Part shown: positions 49,652 to 59,908 of the stretch, in pieces
How the letters are laid out: each line of letters begins with the position of its first letter
How positions within the stretch are numbered: the first letter of the stretch is position 1
Source of the DNA: Rhodothermales bacterium
GTDB taxonomy: Bacteria > Bacteroidota > Rhodothermia > Rhodothermales > VXPQ01
Direction: 5' to 3'
Assembly (NCBI GenBank): GCA_951812335.1
Contig: OX638293.1
Span: 1,358,529-1,422,528 of the forward strand
Length of the DNA: 64,000 nucleotides
Position numbers and translations under genes: made by a program
Notes under the pieces: generated by a model
Databases searched by the model: none
Told to the model about the DNA's origin: nothing
The model's input: only the letters and a program-made list of their open reading frames with translations

Positions 49652-50059
49652 TCAGGCTGACGCCGTAACCCAAAGATCGCAATACCCTTTCGGGTGAATG
49701 GGGCCTTTGACGACCGTACATCCTCCGCACTGCATGCCACCCTCGGGTATCGTATATAGCTGGCAATTGGAGCACATTTTCTCCATGTCTGCCGTCATGT
49801 CCACATAGTTGGTTGCTTCCCGCTGCATGATCTCGGCATCCGTCAATCCTGACGTATCCATGCAGGAAAATCCCTCCTCCATGGGAGCCTCTTCCACGGT
49901 CATGCTTTCTTCCTGCATATCCATGGATTCCTCGCTGCCTGCTTCGCTACCACCGCCGCAAGCCGAAAGAATAAGGGGCGTGGCTACGCCGGCTGTGCCA
50001 AAAACCGAGAGTTTCCTGAGGAAATCCCGTCGGGAGGTATTTTCGTGGTTGTCGTGCAT
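49652..50059 (-). CDS. High-potential iron-sulfur protein (HiPIP), Tat lipoprotein
   Basis: SRRDFLR, lipobox LSA-C, CSNCQLY...CGGCTVVKGPIHPKGYCDLW. Confidence 0.85.
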   Translation of the reverse strand: MHDNHENTSRRDFLRKLSVFGTAGVATPLILSACGGGSEAGSEESMDMQEESMTVEEAPMEEGFSCMDTSGLTDAEIMQREATNYVDMTADMEKMCSNCQLYTIPEGGMQCGGCTVVKGPIHPKGYCDLWVTASA

Positions 50060-50290
50060 GTTCCTGTGGCTTTTGTATACTGTCGTTGCGAGAAAACCGC
50101 CCTCGTGTCAGGTACATCGACATACCGACAGCGCAAGCGATGCACATTATGCGTGCCAACGGAGATACTATTTATTGATTGATTAAAGTTCCGGTTCATG
50201 CCTTGCGGAAGCAAATTTAGAAGTGGTCTAAATTTACGTATGCATAGAACGGGGTCGGTTTGGCTGGAAAGATTTCCGGGAATACTCCCA

Positions 50291-50920
50291 ATGGATCACT
50301 TGCCCGCGGATGTCACGATGCGTTATCTCCACTCCGAAGCCGGAGGCGTGGACAGGATGCGGGCCTTGCTTTCCGGTGAGGAAATCCAGCGTGTTGAGGC
50401 ATTTGCCGATCCGAAGCGCCGCAGGGAATTCGTGTTGGGGAGGACGGCCGCCCGCTTGCTTTTGTCCGAGCGCCTCGATGTGGCGCCGTCCGAGGTGGCG
50501 CTCAAGGTGGCGGAGAGTGGCGTTGTTGAGGTCGCTTCGGGTGGATTGTATCTTTCCATTTCCCATTCCGGGGATTGGGCTGTTGCCGCCGCATCTCCAC
50601 GTCGGATCGGGGTGGATATCGAGCGGATAGCTCCGAGGTTTCCCGAACTTGAGCAATACATGTTGCATCCCGACGAACCATCCTTGACGGATGTGCTGCC
50701 TCTCGACAAGGAACGGGCGAATATTTTATGCTGGACCCTGAAAGAGGCAACGCTCAAGGCCATGCACAGAGGTCTGGCTTATTCCCCGAAGAAACTTCGC
50801 CTCGATGTGGATTTCAAGAGAGGTCGGGCAACTGTTCTGGATGCCGACGGTTGCCTTTGGGAAGCCTGGTTCGAAGAGCGGGATGGTTATTATGCGGCGG
50901 TATCGATTGCCCTGCTATAA
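50291..50920 (+). CDS. 4'-phosphopantetheinyl transferase (Sfp type)
   Basis: LSISHSG, IGVDIE, WTLKEA; start uncertain. Confidence 0.85.
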   Translation: MDHLPADVTMRYLHSEAGGVDRMRALLSGEEIQRVEAFADPKRRREFVLGRTAARLLLSERLDVAPSEVALKVAESGVVEVASGGLYLSISHSGDWAVAAASPRRIGVDIERIAPRFPELEQYMLHPDEPSLTDVLPLDKERANILCWTLKEATLKAMHRGLAYSPKKLRLDVDFKRGRATVLDADGCLWEAWFEERDGYYAAVSIALL

Positions 50921-50980
50921 AGCGGGTTTAATGAATGGATACCAAAGGGACATTCTGTAAACCTGTCTTGTGAGTGCGGT

Positions 50981-52885
50981 ATGAGCAGCGCAAAGGAATC
51001 GCTTCCATCCGGTGACAAATACGCCGAAGCAGCACCGGGGAAGGTCGTTCTGGGACCCGGATGGAACGGATGCGGAGGGGCGGTCTTGCAAGGGCTGCAG
51101 CAAACATTCGCGGCCTATGCTCTCGACGAGGTGCGTCCCATGCTGGACAAGGCCTGTCGGGCGGCGGAAGACGGGCTGCATGTGGCTGGTTTTGTGGCAT
51201 ACGAGGCGGCGCCTGCATTCGATCGGGCGATGCGATGCAAAATTCCCCGCACGCCCCTGCTCTGGATGGCCGCTTTTTCCGACCGCAGGGCATGGGCGCC
51301 CGAAAGCGCCCCGTCTGATTTGGCCTGTCTTCCGGTTCCGCTTCCTGCACGCTTTGCACACGATCCCGCGCACTACCTTTCTCTCGTCAAGACCGTCCGA
51401 AAGCATATTCGGGAAGGCGATGTCTATCAAGTCAATATCACCGGCCCGATGTTCTTTGTCCCTCCCTGCGAGCCGTGGCCCCTTTTTCAAGCCCTGCTGC
51501 GTCGTCAGCCGGTGCCGTACGCAGTCTGGCTTGACGCCGGATCCGTCCGAATACTCAGCTACTCGCCCGAATTATTCTTTGACCGCCGGGGCGATTGCGT
51601 AACGACCCGGCCGATGAAAGGCACGGCGCCCCGGGGGCGCAATGCTTCGGAAGACACGGCATTCGAGCAGTGGCTGGAACAGGACGAAAAAAATCGCGCC
51701 GAGAATGTCATGATCGTTGATTTGCTCCGCAACGATTTGTCCAAATGTTGCGAGCCGGGCTCGGTGCATACTACTGATTTGCTTAGCACGGAACGTTACG
51801 AAACGCTTATTCAGATGACCACGTCCGTCCGGGGACGTCTGTCTCCGGGTGCGGCCACCCAGGATATTTTTGCGGCATTGTTTCCATGCGGCTCCGTGAC
51901 CGGTGCGCCCAAGGTAAGGGCCATGGATATTATCCATCGCTGCGAATCGGAGCCCCGCGGCGCGTATTGCGGCGCCGTAGGGTACATGCACAGGGACCGT
52001 GCGGTTTTCAATGTCGCGATCAGAACGGCCGAGATGCTGCCCGGGGAATCTCGGCTGGGCGTCGGCAGCGGTCTCGTGTGGGATTCCGTTCCGGAAGAGG
52101 AATACGAGGAATGCTTGCTCAAGGCCGGATTTCTGACCGGTTCGAGTGCGTCTCCGCCGGTGTGCGGTTCACCCGTCGTCTCGTCTCCTTCCGTGCTGTT
52201 GCGCGAGCGGGGATCGACAGGGGATACGCCTCGCGCCCTGCTCATCGAGACCATGCGCTGTGAAGAGGGCGCCATTGCGCTCCTTGAGAGACATGTGGAT
52301 CGCGTAAGCGCCTCTGCCCGAACACTGGGGTACGCTTTCGACGAGCACATCTTTCGCCAGTGCGTGGCGGATGCCGTTTTTTTAGAGGGACTGTGCAGGA
52401 TCCGCGCCACGTTGAATGCCGCCGGGCACATTGAGGTCTCCGTGCATCCGCTTGATGGGGCGCATGCACCCGGGGCATGGCGTCTTTGTCTGGCCGATGT
52501 ACGTATCGATTCCTCCGATCCGTACCGTCGTCATAAAACGACATACCGGGAGCGCTACGATCGCCTGCACCGCGAGGCGGTACGGGAAGGGTTCGACGAG
52601 GTGATTTTTTTGAACGATCGAGGAGAAGTGGCCGAGGGTTCACGTACGAATGTCGTGGCGAAATTCGGCTCCCGGCGCATTACCCCCCCGGTGGATTCGG
52701 GGGCGCTTCCGGGGGTATACCGGCGTTTTCTTCTGGAGACGTGCAGCGATTTGGAAGAAGGCGTACTGTTTCCCGAGGATTTGCGTCGTGCGGACGCGCT
52801 CTACGTATGCAATGCCGTGGCGGGATGCGTCCGGGCCCGCTTGCACGGCGCGGACGACCGGGTCGATGAGGAATCTCCAACCTGA
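50981..52885 (+). CDS. pabB: Aminodeoxychorismate synthase component I fused to class IV aminotransferase-like lyase (PabB-PabC)
   Basis: SPELFF, RPMKGT, AENVMIVDLLRND, GSVTGAPK; C-terminal HKTT, EGSRTN, LPGVYR. Confidence 0.9.
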   Translation: MSSAKESLPSGDKYAEAAPGKVVLGPGWNGCGGAVLQGLQQTFAAYALDEVRPMLDKACRAAEDGLHVAGFVAYEAAPAFDRAMRCKIPRTPLLWMAAFSDRRAWAPESAPSDLACLPVPLPARFAHDPAHYLSLVKTVRKHIREGDVYQVNITGPMFFVPPCEPWPLFQALLRRQPVPYAVWLDAGSVRILSYSPELFFDRRGDCVTTRPMKGTAPRGRNASEDTAFEQWLEQDEKNRAENVMIVDLLRNDLSKCCEPGSVHTTDLLSTERYETLIQMTTSVRGRLSPGAATQDIFAALFPCGSVTGAPKVRAMDIIHRCESEPRGAYCGAVGYMHRDRAVFNVAIRTAEMLPGESRLGVGSGLVWDSVPEEEYEECLLKAGFLTGSSASPPVCGSPVVSSPSVLLRERGSTGDTPRALLIETMRCEEGAIALLERHVDRVSASARTLGYAFDEHIFRQCVADAVFLEGLCRIRATLNAAGHIEVSVHPLDGAHAPGAWRLCLADVRIDSSDPYRRHKTTYRERYDRLHREAVREGFDEVIFLNDRGEVAEGSRTNVVAKFGSRRITPPVDSGALPGVYRRFLLETCSDLEEGVLFPEDLRRADALYVCNAVAGCVRARLHGADDRVDEESPT

Positions 52886-52946
52886 AAAGAATCTCCAATT
52901 GCATTGCCGTGTAAGGATTTCCATGCGAAGCGGACCTGTATTTTAA

Positions 52947-53097
52947 GGATACTCCGATCAAAACCACTTCGCCCGGCACTTTCCTTTCGCGCGTAAAGGA
53001 CGTCATGATTCCATCGTCGGAATCAGCGGGAAACACTGCGGATTAGGGGCGTTGCGGATGTGACGCCCCGAGCTTTGCGGACTTAATCAGGGTATCC
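52947..53097 (-). mobile_element. MITE deletion derivative (151 bp) upstream of acs
   Basis: TTAA-GGATACTCCGATC...CTTAATCAGGGTATCC. Confidence 0.85.
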
Positions 53098-53173
53098 TTT
53101 ATGGAATGGATTGGACGAATTGCCGTACGTTTAGTACGTTACAGGGTTGTGCAACGAACCGGGTGAACGATCA

Positions 53174-55147
53174 ATGAGCGATCAGGTAACTGCTGCGTAT
53201 TCCGGACAGGCTGATTTGTATTCGCCGTCCGCCGCCTTCAGGAAAAGGGCATGGATTTCCTCCCGTGAGGCATACGATACCCTCTACCGTCGATCCATAG
53301 CCGACCCGGAAGGGTTCTGGAGAGAACAGGCCGCGCGCATCGACTGGTTTCGCCCCTTCGACGCCGTCAGGAATGTCTCCTGGGCGAGCAACGACCTGTA
53401 CATTCGCTGGTACGAGGGGGGAACCCTGAATGCGTGCTACAATTGCGTAGACCGGCATCTTGCCGAACATGGGGATCGCACGGCGTTTATTTTCGAGCCG
53501 GACGATCCGGACGAAGCTCCGCGGCATATTTCCTGGCGCGAACTGCACCACGAAGTGTGTGTATTCGCCAATGTGCTCAAGCGTGTCGGTGTGCAGAAGG
53601 GAGACCGCGTCACGATCTATTTGCCGATGATCCCGGAAGCTGCCTACGCGATGTTGGCATGCGCCCGGATCGGTGCGGTACACTCCGTGGTGTTTGCGGG
53701 TTTTTCCCCGGACTCTCTTGCAGACCGTATCCTCGATTGCGATTCGACGGTGCTTGTTACCGCCGACGAAGGGGTGCGCGGCGGCAGGAAAGTACCGCTC
53801 AAGCGGAGTGCCGACAAGGCGCTTGAACGTTGTCCGGATGTAGAAGCGGTTGTGGTTGTCCGGCGTACAGGATCGGGGGATTCGCTCGTTGAAGGACGCG
53901 ATCACTGGTATCACGAGGCGCGCGAGCATGTGGATGCCGATTGCGATCCGGAGGAGATGGATGCGGAGGATCCTCTTTTCATTTTGTATACGTCGGGTTC
54001 TACCGGCAAGCCGAAAGGCGTACTGCATACGACCGGGGGCTATCTGGTGTATGCCTCGCTTACGCACCAGTACGTGTTCGATTGCCACGAGGACGACATT
54101 TTCTGGTGCACCGCCGACGTAGGATGGATTACGGGGCATTCCTATATGGTGTACGGCCCCCTTTTGAACGGCATTTCCCAGGTTTTTTTCGAGGGTACGC
54201 CGACCTGGCCCAACCCGTCGCGGCTCTGGGAGGTGGTGGACCGGCATGACGTCACCATTTTCTACACGGCTCCGACCGCCATTCGCGCGCTGATGCGAGA
54301 AGGCGACGAGTACGTTACGCGTACGGACCGGAGCTCGCTCCGGGTGCTTGGCACCGTAGGCGAACCTATTAATCCGGAAGCATGGAAATGGTACTACGAT
54401 ACGGTGGGGCAGGGGCGTTGTCCGGTTGTCGATACCTGGTGGCAAACCGAGACCGGTGGCATCATGATTGCGCCGTTGCCTGCAGCCATCGACCAGAAAC
54501 CCGGCTCGGCAACCCTTCCTTTTTTTGGTATCCGTCCCGAATTGTTGAGTCCGGATGGGGTCGTGCAGGAAGGTCCGGGCGAAGGATTGCTGGCCATTGG
54601 GGATTCGTGGCCAGGGCAGATGCGCACCGTCTACAAGAATCACGACCGGTTTGTCCAGACGTATTTCAGCCGGTTCGAGGGCAAGTATTTCACGGGGGAT
54701 GGATGCCGCCGTGACGAGGACGGGTATTACTGGATCACAGGCCGGGTGGACGATGTACTCAATGTGTCGGGGCACCGGATGGGTACTGCGGAGATCGAGA
54801 GCGCACTCGTGTCGCATGGCCAGGTGGCGGAAGCCGCCGTAGTCGGGTTTCCCCACGACATCAAGGGACAAGGTATCTACGGATTCGTGACGCTCGTGGC
54901 GGGGATTGATTCGAGCGAGGCGCTGCGCGCCGAACTCGTGCAGCATGTTCGCAAGGAAATCGGCCCTATCGCCAGGCCCGACTGCATTCAATTTGCGCCT
55001 GCGTTGCCGAAAACCCGGTCCGGCAAGATTATGCGCCGAATTCTTCGTAAAATAGCAGCCAACGAATATCGGAACCTTGGCGACACGTCCACTCTTGCCG
55101 ATCCAGGGGTGGTCGAGGAGCTGGTTGCAAGCAGCCAAACCCGGTAA
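53174..55147 (+). CDS. acs: Acetyl-CoA synthetase
   Basis: [32 protein letters not shown]. Confidence 0.95.
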   Translation: MSDQVTAAYSGQADLYSPSAAFRKRAWISSREAYDTLYRRSIADPEGFWREQAARIDWFRPFDAVRNVSWASNDLYIRWYEGGTLNACYNCVDRHLAEHGDRTAFIFEPDDPDEAPRHISWRELHHEVCVFANVLKRVGVQKGDRVTIYLPMIPEAAYAMLACARIGAVHSVVFAGFSPDSLADRILDCDSTVLVTADEGVRGGRKVPLKRSADKALERCPDVEAVVVVRRTGSGDSLVEGRDHWYHEAREHVDADCDPEEMDAEDPLFILYTSGSTGKPKGVLHTTGGYLVYASLTHQYVFDCHEDDIFWCTADVGWITGHSYMVYGPLLNGISQVFFEGTPTWPNPSRLWEVVDRHDVTIFYTAPTAIRALMREGDEYVTRTDRSSLRVLGTVGEPINPEAWKWYYDTVGQGRCPVVDTWWQTETGGIMIAPLPAAIDQKPGSATLPFFGIRPELLSPDGVVQEGPGEGLLAIGDSWPGQMRTVYKNHDRFVQTYFSRFEGKYFTGDGCRRDEDGYYWITGRVDDVLNVSGHRMGTAEIESALVSHGQVAEAAVVGFPHDIKGQGIYGFVTLVAGIDSSEALRAELVQHVRKEIGPIARPDCIQFAPALPKTRSGKIMRRILRKIAANEYRNLGDTSTLADPGVVEELVASSQTR

Positions 55148-55151
55148 ACAC

Positions 55152-56024
55152 ATGGAGCGAAGAACATTTCTCAGGACAGGCGCAGCAGTTGCCGCCGGTT
55201 CCGCTCTGGCGGCGCCAACCGTTCTCGAAGCCTCGAGCGGCTCTTCCCGCATTTCATCCCGTGCGCGCAATGCGGGTCTTAAACATTCGGTATGCCGATG
55301 GTGTTATTCCGGCTTGACATTGGAGCAATTGAGCGCCGGCGCGCAGTCTATCGGGATGCACTCCGTGGAATTGCTGAGCGCCGAGGAATTTCCTGTCGTC
55401 AAGGAATATGGCCTCGTGTGTGCGATGGCGAACGGGCCAACCTCGATCCCGGATGGGTTTAACCGCACGGAATTTCACGAACGGTTCATATCCGGATTCA
55501 AGCAGCTTATTCCTCAGGTGGCCGCTGCCGGTTTTCCGAACATTATCTGCTTTTCCGGCAATCGTCGGGGTATGGATGACGAAACGGGGCTGGAGAATTG
55601 TGCCCAGGGTATTCAGCAGGTCGCAGGGGATGCGGAGCGGCACGGCGTCACGATATGCATGGAGTTGCTCAACAGCAAGGTAGACCACCCCGATTACATG
55701 TGCGACCATACGCATTGGGGTGTCGAATTGGTAAAGCGGGTTGGTTCCGAACGCTTTAAGCTATTATATGACATCTATCACATGCAGATCATGGAAGGGG
55801 ATGTTATTCGTACGATCCGCGAAAACCACGAGTACATCGGGCATTACCATACCGGGGGCAATCCGGGGCGAAACGAAATAGACGAAACCCAGGAATTGAA
55901 CTACCCTGCAATCATGCGGGCGATCCGCGAGACGGGGTACGCCGGCTATATCGGTCAGGAGTTCATCCCCTCGCGTACGCCGCTTGTCAGTTTGCGTGAA
56001 GCGGTTGCGCTTTGCGACGTGTAA
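55152..56024 (+). CDS. Tat-exported hydroxypyruvate isomerase-like TIM barrel
   Basis: MERRTFLR; MELLNSKVDH, YDIYHMQ, PGRNEID..ELNY. Confidence 0.85.
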   Translation: MERRTFLRTGAAVAAGSALAAPTVLEASSGSSRISSRARNAGLKHSVCRWCYSGLTLEQLSAGAQSIGMHSVELLSAEEFPVVKEYGLVCAMANGPTSIPDGFNRTEFHERFISGFKQLIPQVAAAGFPNIICFSGNRRGMDDETGLENCAQGIQQVAGDAERHGVTICMELLNSKVDHPDYMCDHTHWGVELVKRVGSERFKLLYDIYHMQIMEGDVIRTIRENHEYIGHYHTGGNPGRNEIDETQELNYPAIMRAIRETGYAGYIGQEFIPSRTPLVSLREAVALCDV

Positions 56025-56049
56025 CGTTTCTTTAATCTGTCCACTTGTT

Positions 56050-56967
56050 ATGACTTCCCGAAGAAAATTTCTGACCCGGATAGGCTCGGCGATAGCTGCG
56101 CCGGCTGTATTGCCTCTCGTTGGTTGCGGCGGGCAGGAAGAAGATACCGCTCCTGTTTCCGAGCCCGGCGTGAGCACCTCCGCGGGGATCGATACACCCA
56201 TCGGTGTGCAGTTGTACAGCGTTCGAAACGAGCTCGACATGGATCTTGCCGGTACGTTACGGGCCGTTCGGGAGGCGGGATTCGACCGGGTAGAGACCTA
56301 CAGCCTGCACGACATGCCAGTAGTCGATTTTCGCGCCTTACTGGATGATTCAGGTCTTTCGGCGGGAAGCATGCATGCTCCGTACGAGCGGGTCGCCGGC
56401 GATATCGGAGCGGTTACGGAAGAAGCGCATGCGTTGGGGTCTCCCTGGGTCGCTGTCGCCTGGATCCCCCACGAGGGCGATTTCGATATGGACGATATCG
56501 ACCGTGCTATCGCCGACTTTACGGCAGCCGGCGAAGCGCTCAAATCGGAGGGGCTGCGTTTTGCGTACCACTGCCATGGCTACGAATTTATCGAGGCGGA
56601 AGGAGGCGGCACGCTTTTCGACCGCTTCATGGAAAACACCGAGCCGGGCGTAGTAGACGTGGAAATGGATGTATTCTGGGTCAAGTGGCCCGGTTTTGAC
56701 CCGGTGGCGCTGATCGAAAAATATCCGGGGCGTTTTCCGCTGTATCATATGAAAGACATGCGGGAAGGTACTGCAACGGGTGATTTAAGCGGCCACGCAC
56801 CGCTTGATACGAATGTACCCGTGGGCATGGGAATGATCGATTTCCCGGCGATCGTTCAGGCGGCCGAAGCAAATGGGGTAGAGGAGTATATCATCGAGTA
56901 CGAGCATATCGATGCGCTGATTTCCATCCAGCAGAGTCTTGAGTATCTGCAATCGCTGGAGGCGTAA
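56050..56967 (+). CDS. Tat lipoprotein sugar phosphate isomerase/epimerase (AP_endonuc_2)
   Basis: SRRKFL, LVG-C; GVQLYSVR, YHCHGYEF, EMDVFW, HMKD. Confidence 0.85.
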   Translation: MTSRRKFLTRIGSAIAAPAVLPLVGCGGQEEDTAPVSEPGVSTSAGIDTPIGVQLYSVRNELDMDLAGTLRAVREAGFDRVETYSLHDMPVVDFRALLDDSGLSAGSMHAPYERVAGDIGAVTEEAHALGSPWVAVAWIPHEGDFDMDDIDRAIADFTAAGEALKSEGLRFAYHCHGYEFIEAEGGGTLFDRFMENTEPGVVDVEMDVFWVKWPGFDPVALIEKYPGRFPLYHMKDMREGTATGDLSGHAPLDTNVPVGMGMIDFPAIVQAAEANGVEEYIIEYEHIDALISIQQSLEYLQSLEA

Positions 56968-56974
56968 TATCCCC

Positions 56975-57265
56975 ATGCATGTCGCCAAGGCTTACTGGCG
57001 CCGACAGCTTCGGCGAACCGGTCTACTACTTGTTGTCTGGGCCGTCGCCGGCTTTGGATGCAGTATTCTGTTTGTCGAGCAACTCAACCGGATATCCTTC
57101 GGAGATATGCCGTTCGGTTTCTGGATGGCGCAGCAAGGGTCCATTTACGTATTTATTCTGTTGATTTTTCTGTACGCGCTGCTCAGCGGGCGCGCCGACC
57201 GCCAGGCGACCCTTGAAGCCGATACCGAAGAGGATACGGCGCCACTACCGGCAAACGAGGGATAG
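56975..57265 (+). CDS. DUF4212 small membrane partner of sodium:solute symporter
   Basis: PFGFWMAQQGSIYVF motif. Confidence 0.85.
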   Translation: MHVAKAYWRRQLRRTGLLLVVWAVAGFGCSILFVEQLNRISFGDMPFGFWMAQQGSIYVFILLIFLYALLSGRADRQATLEADTEEDTAPLPANEG

Positions 57266-57279
57266 GCTCCATTATTACT

Positions 57280-58923
57280 ATGAGTATTCAAGCCTGGACC
57301 TGGGTTACGGTCGGCGTTACCTTCGCTGCCTATTTGTATATCGGCTACCGGAGCCGGGTCAGATCCACCAAAGGTTTCTATGTAGCCGGGCAAGGCGTTC
57401 CCGCCATCGCCAACGGGGCCGCGACCGCTGCAGACTGGATGAGCGCCGCCTCGTTTATTTCCATGGCCGGCCTGATCTCGTTCATGGGTTTCGACGGGGC
57501 GGTCTATTTGATGGGATGGACGGGGGGATATGTATTGCTGGCCCTTCTTCTGGCGCCGTTCCTGCGTAAGTTCGGACAATACACCGTACCCGATTTCGTC
57601 GGCGTGCGGTACTATTCCCAGGCGGCGCGCGTTGTGGCCGCCATCGCCGCCATTTTCGTTTCCTTCACGTATGTAGCCGGGCAGATGGCGGGCGTCGGTG
57701 TGGCGTTTGGGCGTTTTCTGGAGATCCCGTTCGAACTGGGCGTTGCCATCGGCATGGTTGTCGTGGCGTTTTTTGCGGTTCTTGGCGGCATGAAAGGCAT
57801 CACGTATACGCAAGTGGCGCAGTACTGCGTGCTTATTTTCGCTTATACGGTTCCCGCTATCGCCATTGCGCTGCTGCTTACGGGAAATCCGGTGCCCCAG
57901 CTTGCCATGGAAGAGATTCTTCCCAAGCTGAACGCCATTCAGCACGACCTGGGACTGTCGAGTTATTCGAATCCGTTTACTGGTCTCTCCAAGCTGAATG
58001 TGTTTGCCATTACGCTTTGTCTGATGGCCGGGACGGCGGGGTTGCCGCACGTCATTGTCCGGTTCTATACGGTAAAGAACGTGAAGGCGGCGCGCTGGTC
58101 GGCATTCTGGGCCCTGCTTTTTATCGGGATCCTCTACACGACGGCGCCTGCGGTGGCCATGTTCGCCAAATACCACATTTTGCAGCAGTTTGCGGAACTG
58201 GGACCGGCCATCGCCGAGCAGAGCTGGATGCAGAATTGGGCGGCTACCGGGTTGGTGACGATTCCAGAAGGGGGAATACAAACGGCGGACCAACTCCTTG
58301 AAGCGATCAATCGCGATATCATTGTTCTTGCAACGCCAGAAATAGCAAGGTTGCCGGCGGTTGTCGTGGCCCTCGTGGCGGCAGGCGGACTTGCGGCGGC
58401 GCTATCCACGGCGTCCGGCCTGTTGCTCGTTATTTCCTCGGCGCTGGCGCACGACATTTACGGGTCGGTCATAAACCCCCAGGCCTCGGAAAAACGCCGC
58501 CTTTTTGTAGGCCGGGCTATGATCTTTCTCGCGGTTGTGGTGGCGGGCGTGCTCGGCGTGTATCCGCTGGGCTTCGTAGCCGAGGTAGTGGCCTTCGCCT
58601 TTGGATTGGCCGCCGCCTCGTTTTTCCCGGTCATCGTACTGGGTATTTTCTGGAAGCGCGCAAACAAGCAGGGTGCGATCGCCGGCATGAGTATCGGTTT
58701 GGTCTTTACCTTCGTGACGATTGCGCTCATGCGGGCGCAAAACGTGATTCCGGGGATGGACGAGCCAGTGCTTGACCACTTCCTTGGCGTCGGCGCGCAG
58801 GGCGTCGGCGTGATTGGCATGCTGCTTAATTTTGCGGTTATGATAGGGGTCTCTCTGTGCACCCCCGATTCTCCGCTTTCCGTCAGGGAGCTGGTCGAAC
58901 GCGTTCGGTATCCGAACGAATAG
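57280..58923 (+). CDS. actP: Cation/acetate symporter (SSS family)
   Basis: ATAADWMSAASF, GTAGLPHVIVRFYT, GGLAAALSTASGLL. Confidence 0.85.
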   Translation: MSIQAWTWVTVGVTFAAYLYIGYRSRVRSTKGFYVAGQGVPAIANGAATAADWMSAASFISMAGLISFMGFDGAVYLMGWTGGYVLLALLLAPFLRKFGQYTVPDFVGVRYYSQAARVVAAIAAIFVSFTYVAGQMAGVGVAFGRFLEIPFELGVAIGMVVVAFFAVLGGMKGITYTQVAQYCVLIFAYTVPAIAIALLLTGNPVPQLAMEEILPKLNAIQHDLGLSSYSNPFTGLSKLNVFAITLCLMAGTAGLPHVIVRFYTVKNVKAARWSAFWALLFIGILYTTAPAVAMFAKYHILQQFAELGPAIAEQSWMQNWAATGLVTIPEGGIQTADQLLEAINRDIIVLATPEIARLPAVVVALVAAGGLAAALSTASGLLLVISSALAHDIYGSVINPQASEKRRLFVGRAMIFLAVVVAGVLGVYPLGFVAEVVAFAFGLAAASFFPVIVLGIFWKRANKQGAIAGMSIGLVFTFVTIALMRAQNVIPGMDEPVLDHFLGVGAQGVGVIGMLLNFAVMIGVSLCTPDSPLSVRELVERVRYPNE

Positions 58924-58935
58924 GACTGCGATGCG

Positions 58936-59904
58936 TCAGGCGTCCGTTCCTTTTTCCGAACCTGCGACCTCTTCGTCTCGCGTCATGTTGTTTGCCATGC
59001 GCCATGCGCCGATGACGGGTCGGTTCAGCGGTTGCATGCATTCCCATCCGGTCAGACGCTCGAGCAGGGCGTCGGAGAGGCGTTGGCGGAAGAACGGATT
59101 ATTCGCCAGTCCGCCCAGCAGAGTGATCCGGGGGCGTATCGCTGAACACCGATCGACAAGCCAGCATACTTGCTCGGTGAGCAGGGCAATATGTTTCCGG
59201 ACGATCGCTTCGGCGACGGCGTCCCCGTCGCACGCTCCCTGTATCACGATACGGGCGAATTGTTGCAGGGGTGTTTTTTTCTTGTACACCACCTCGAAGA
59301 GGTCTTCCTTGCTCGTTACATCTCCGGACGCCGCGAGAAGGTTGCGTAACGCCGTATCCGGTCCACCGTCGAATGCATGCGCCACGGCGCGCAGGCCGGC
59401 GGCCCCGAGCGCATATCCGCTTCCCTCGTCGCCTATGAGGTAGCCCCATCCCCCAGCCCGCAAGAATTCGCCCGAGTTTGTGCGCGCCAGGCATACGGTG
59501 CCTGTACCGGAAACCACTATAATTCCGCTCTCGCCTTCGAAGGCGGCTTCCAGGGCGATGAGGCTGTCGTGCGTAACCTGTACCGGAATATCGCGCGCGG
59601 ATGTCGGGATACGATCCCTTAGCCGGGCCCGAATGCCTTCATGGAGAAGGCGCTGATCTTGCGGGCGCCCCGCCCCGGCTACACCGGCGCATATGGAGGC
59701 AATGGACTCTCCGTGAAGGCGTTCGATAGCCTGCACGATCAAGTCTGAAATCACATCCGCCGAATCCTTGAATCCCACACGAGCGGGGTTTCCACAGGGA
59801 CCAAACAGGTTAAGGAGTTCTTTTCCCTGCCTTTTTGCGGCCACCAATTCTGTTTTGGAGCCGCCGGCGTCTATGCCTGCATATATTCGTGCGTTGGGCG
59901 GCAT
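58936..59904 (-). CDS. BadF/BadG/BcrA/BcrD ATPase (GlcNAc/MurNAc kinase-like)
   Basis: GIDAGGSKT, SGTGT, RAGGWGYLIGDEGSG. Confidence 0.85.
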   Translation of the reverse strand: MPPNARIYAGIDAGGSKTELVAAKRQGKELLNLFGPCGNPARVGFKDSADVISDLIVQAIERLHGESIASICAGVAGAGRPQDQRLLHEGIRARLRDRIPTSARDIPVQVTHDSLIALEAAFEGESGIIVVSGTGTVCLARTNSGEFLRAGGWGYLIGDEGSGYALGAAGLRAVAHAFDGGPDTALRNLLAASGDVTSKEDLFEVVYKKKTPLQQFARIVIQGACDGDAVAEAIVRKHIALLTEQVCWLVDRCSAIRPRITLLGGLANNPFFRQRLSDALLERLTGWECMQPLNRPVIGAWRMANNMTRDEEVAGSEKGTDA

Positions 59905-59908
59905 GCCG

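Noticed and set aside
50291-52885. PPTase + PabBC as a secondary-metabolite cluster
   Set aside because: No carrier protein, PKS or NRPS in the window; folate and housekeeping roles suffice
53171-55270. 699-aa minus-strand ORF (and the 580-aa plus ORF at 24402-26144)
   Set aside because: Antisense to well-supported acs and Gfo/apbE genes, with no protein motifs
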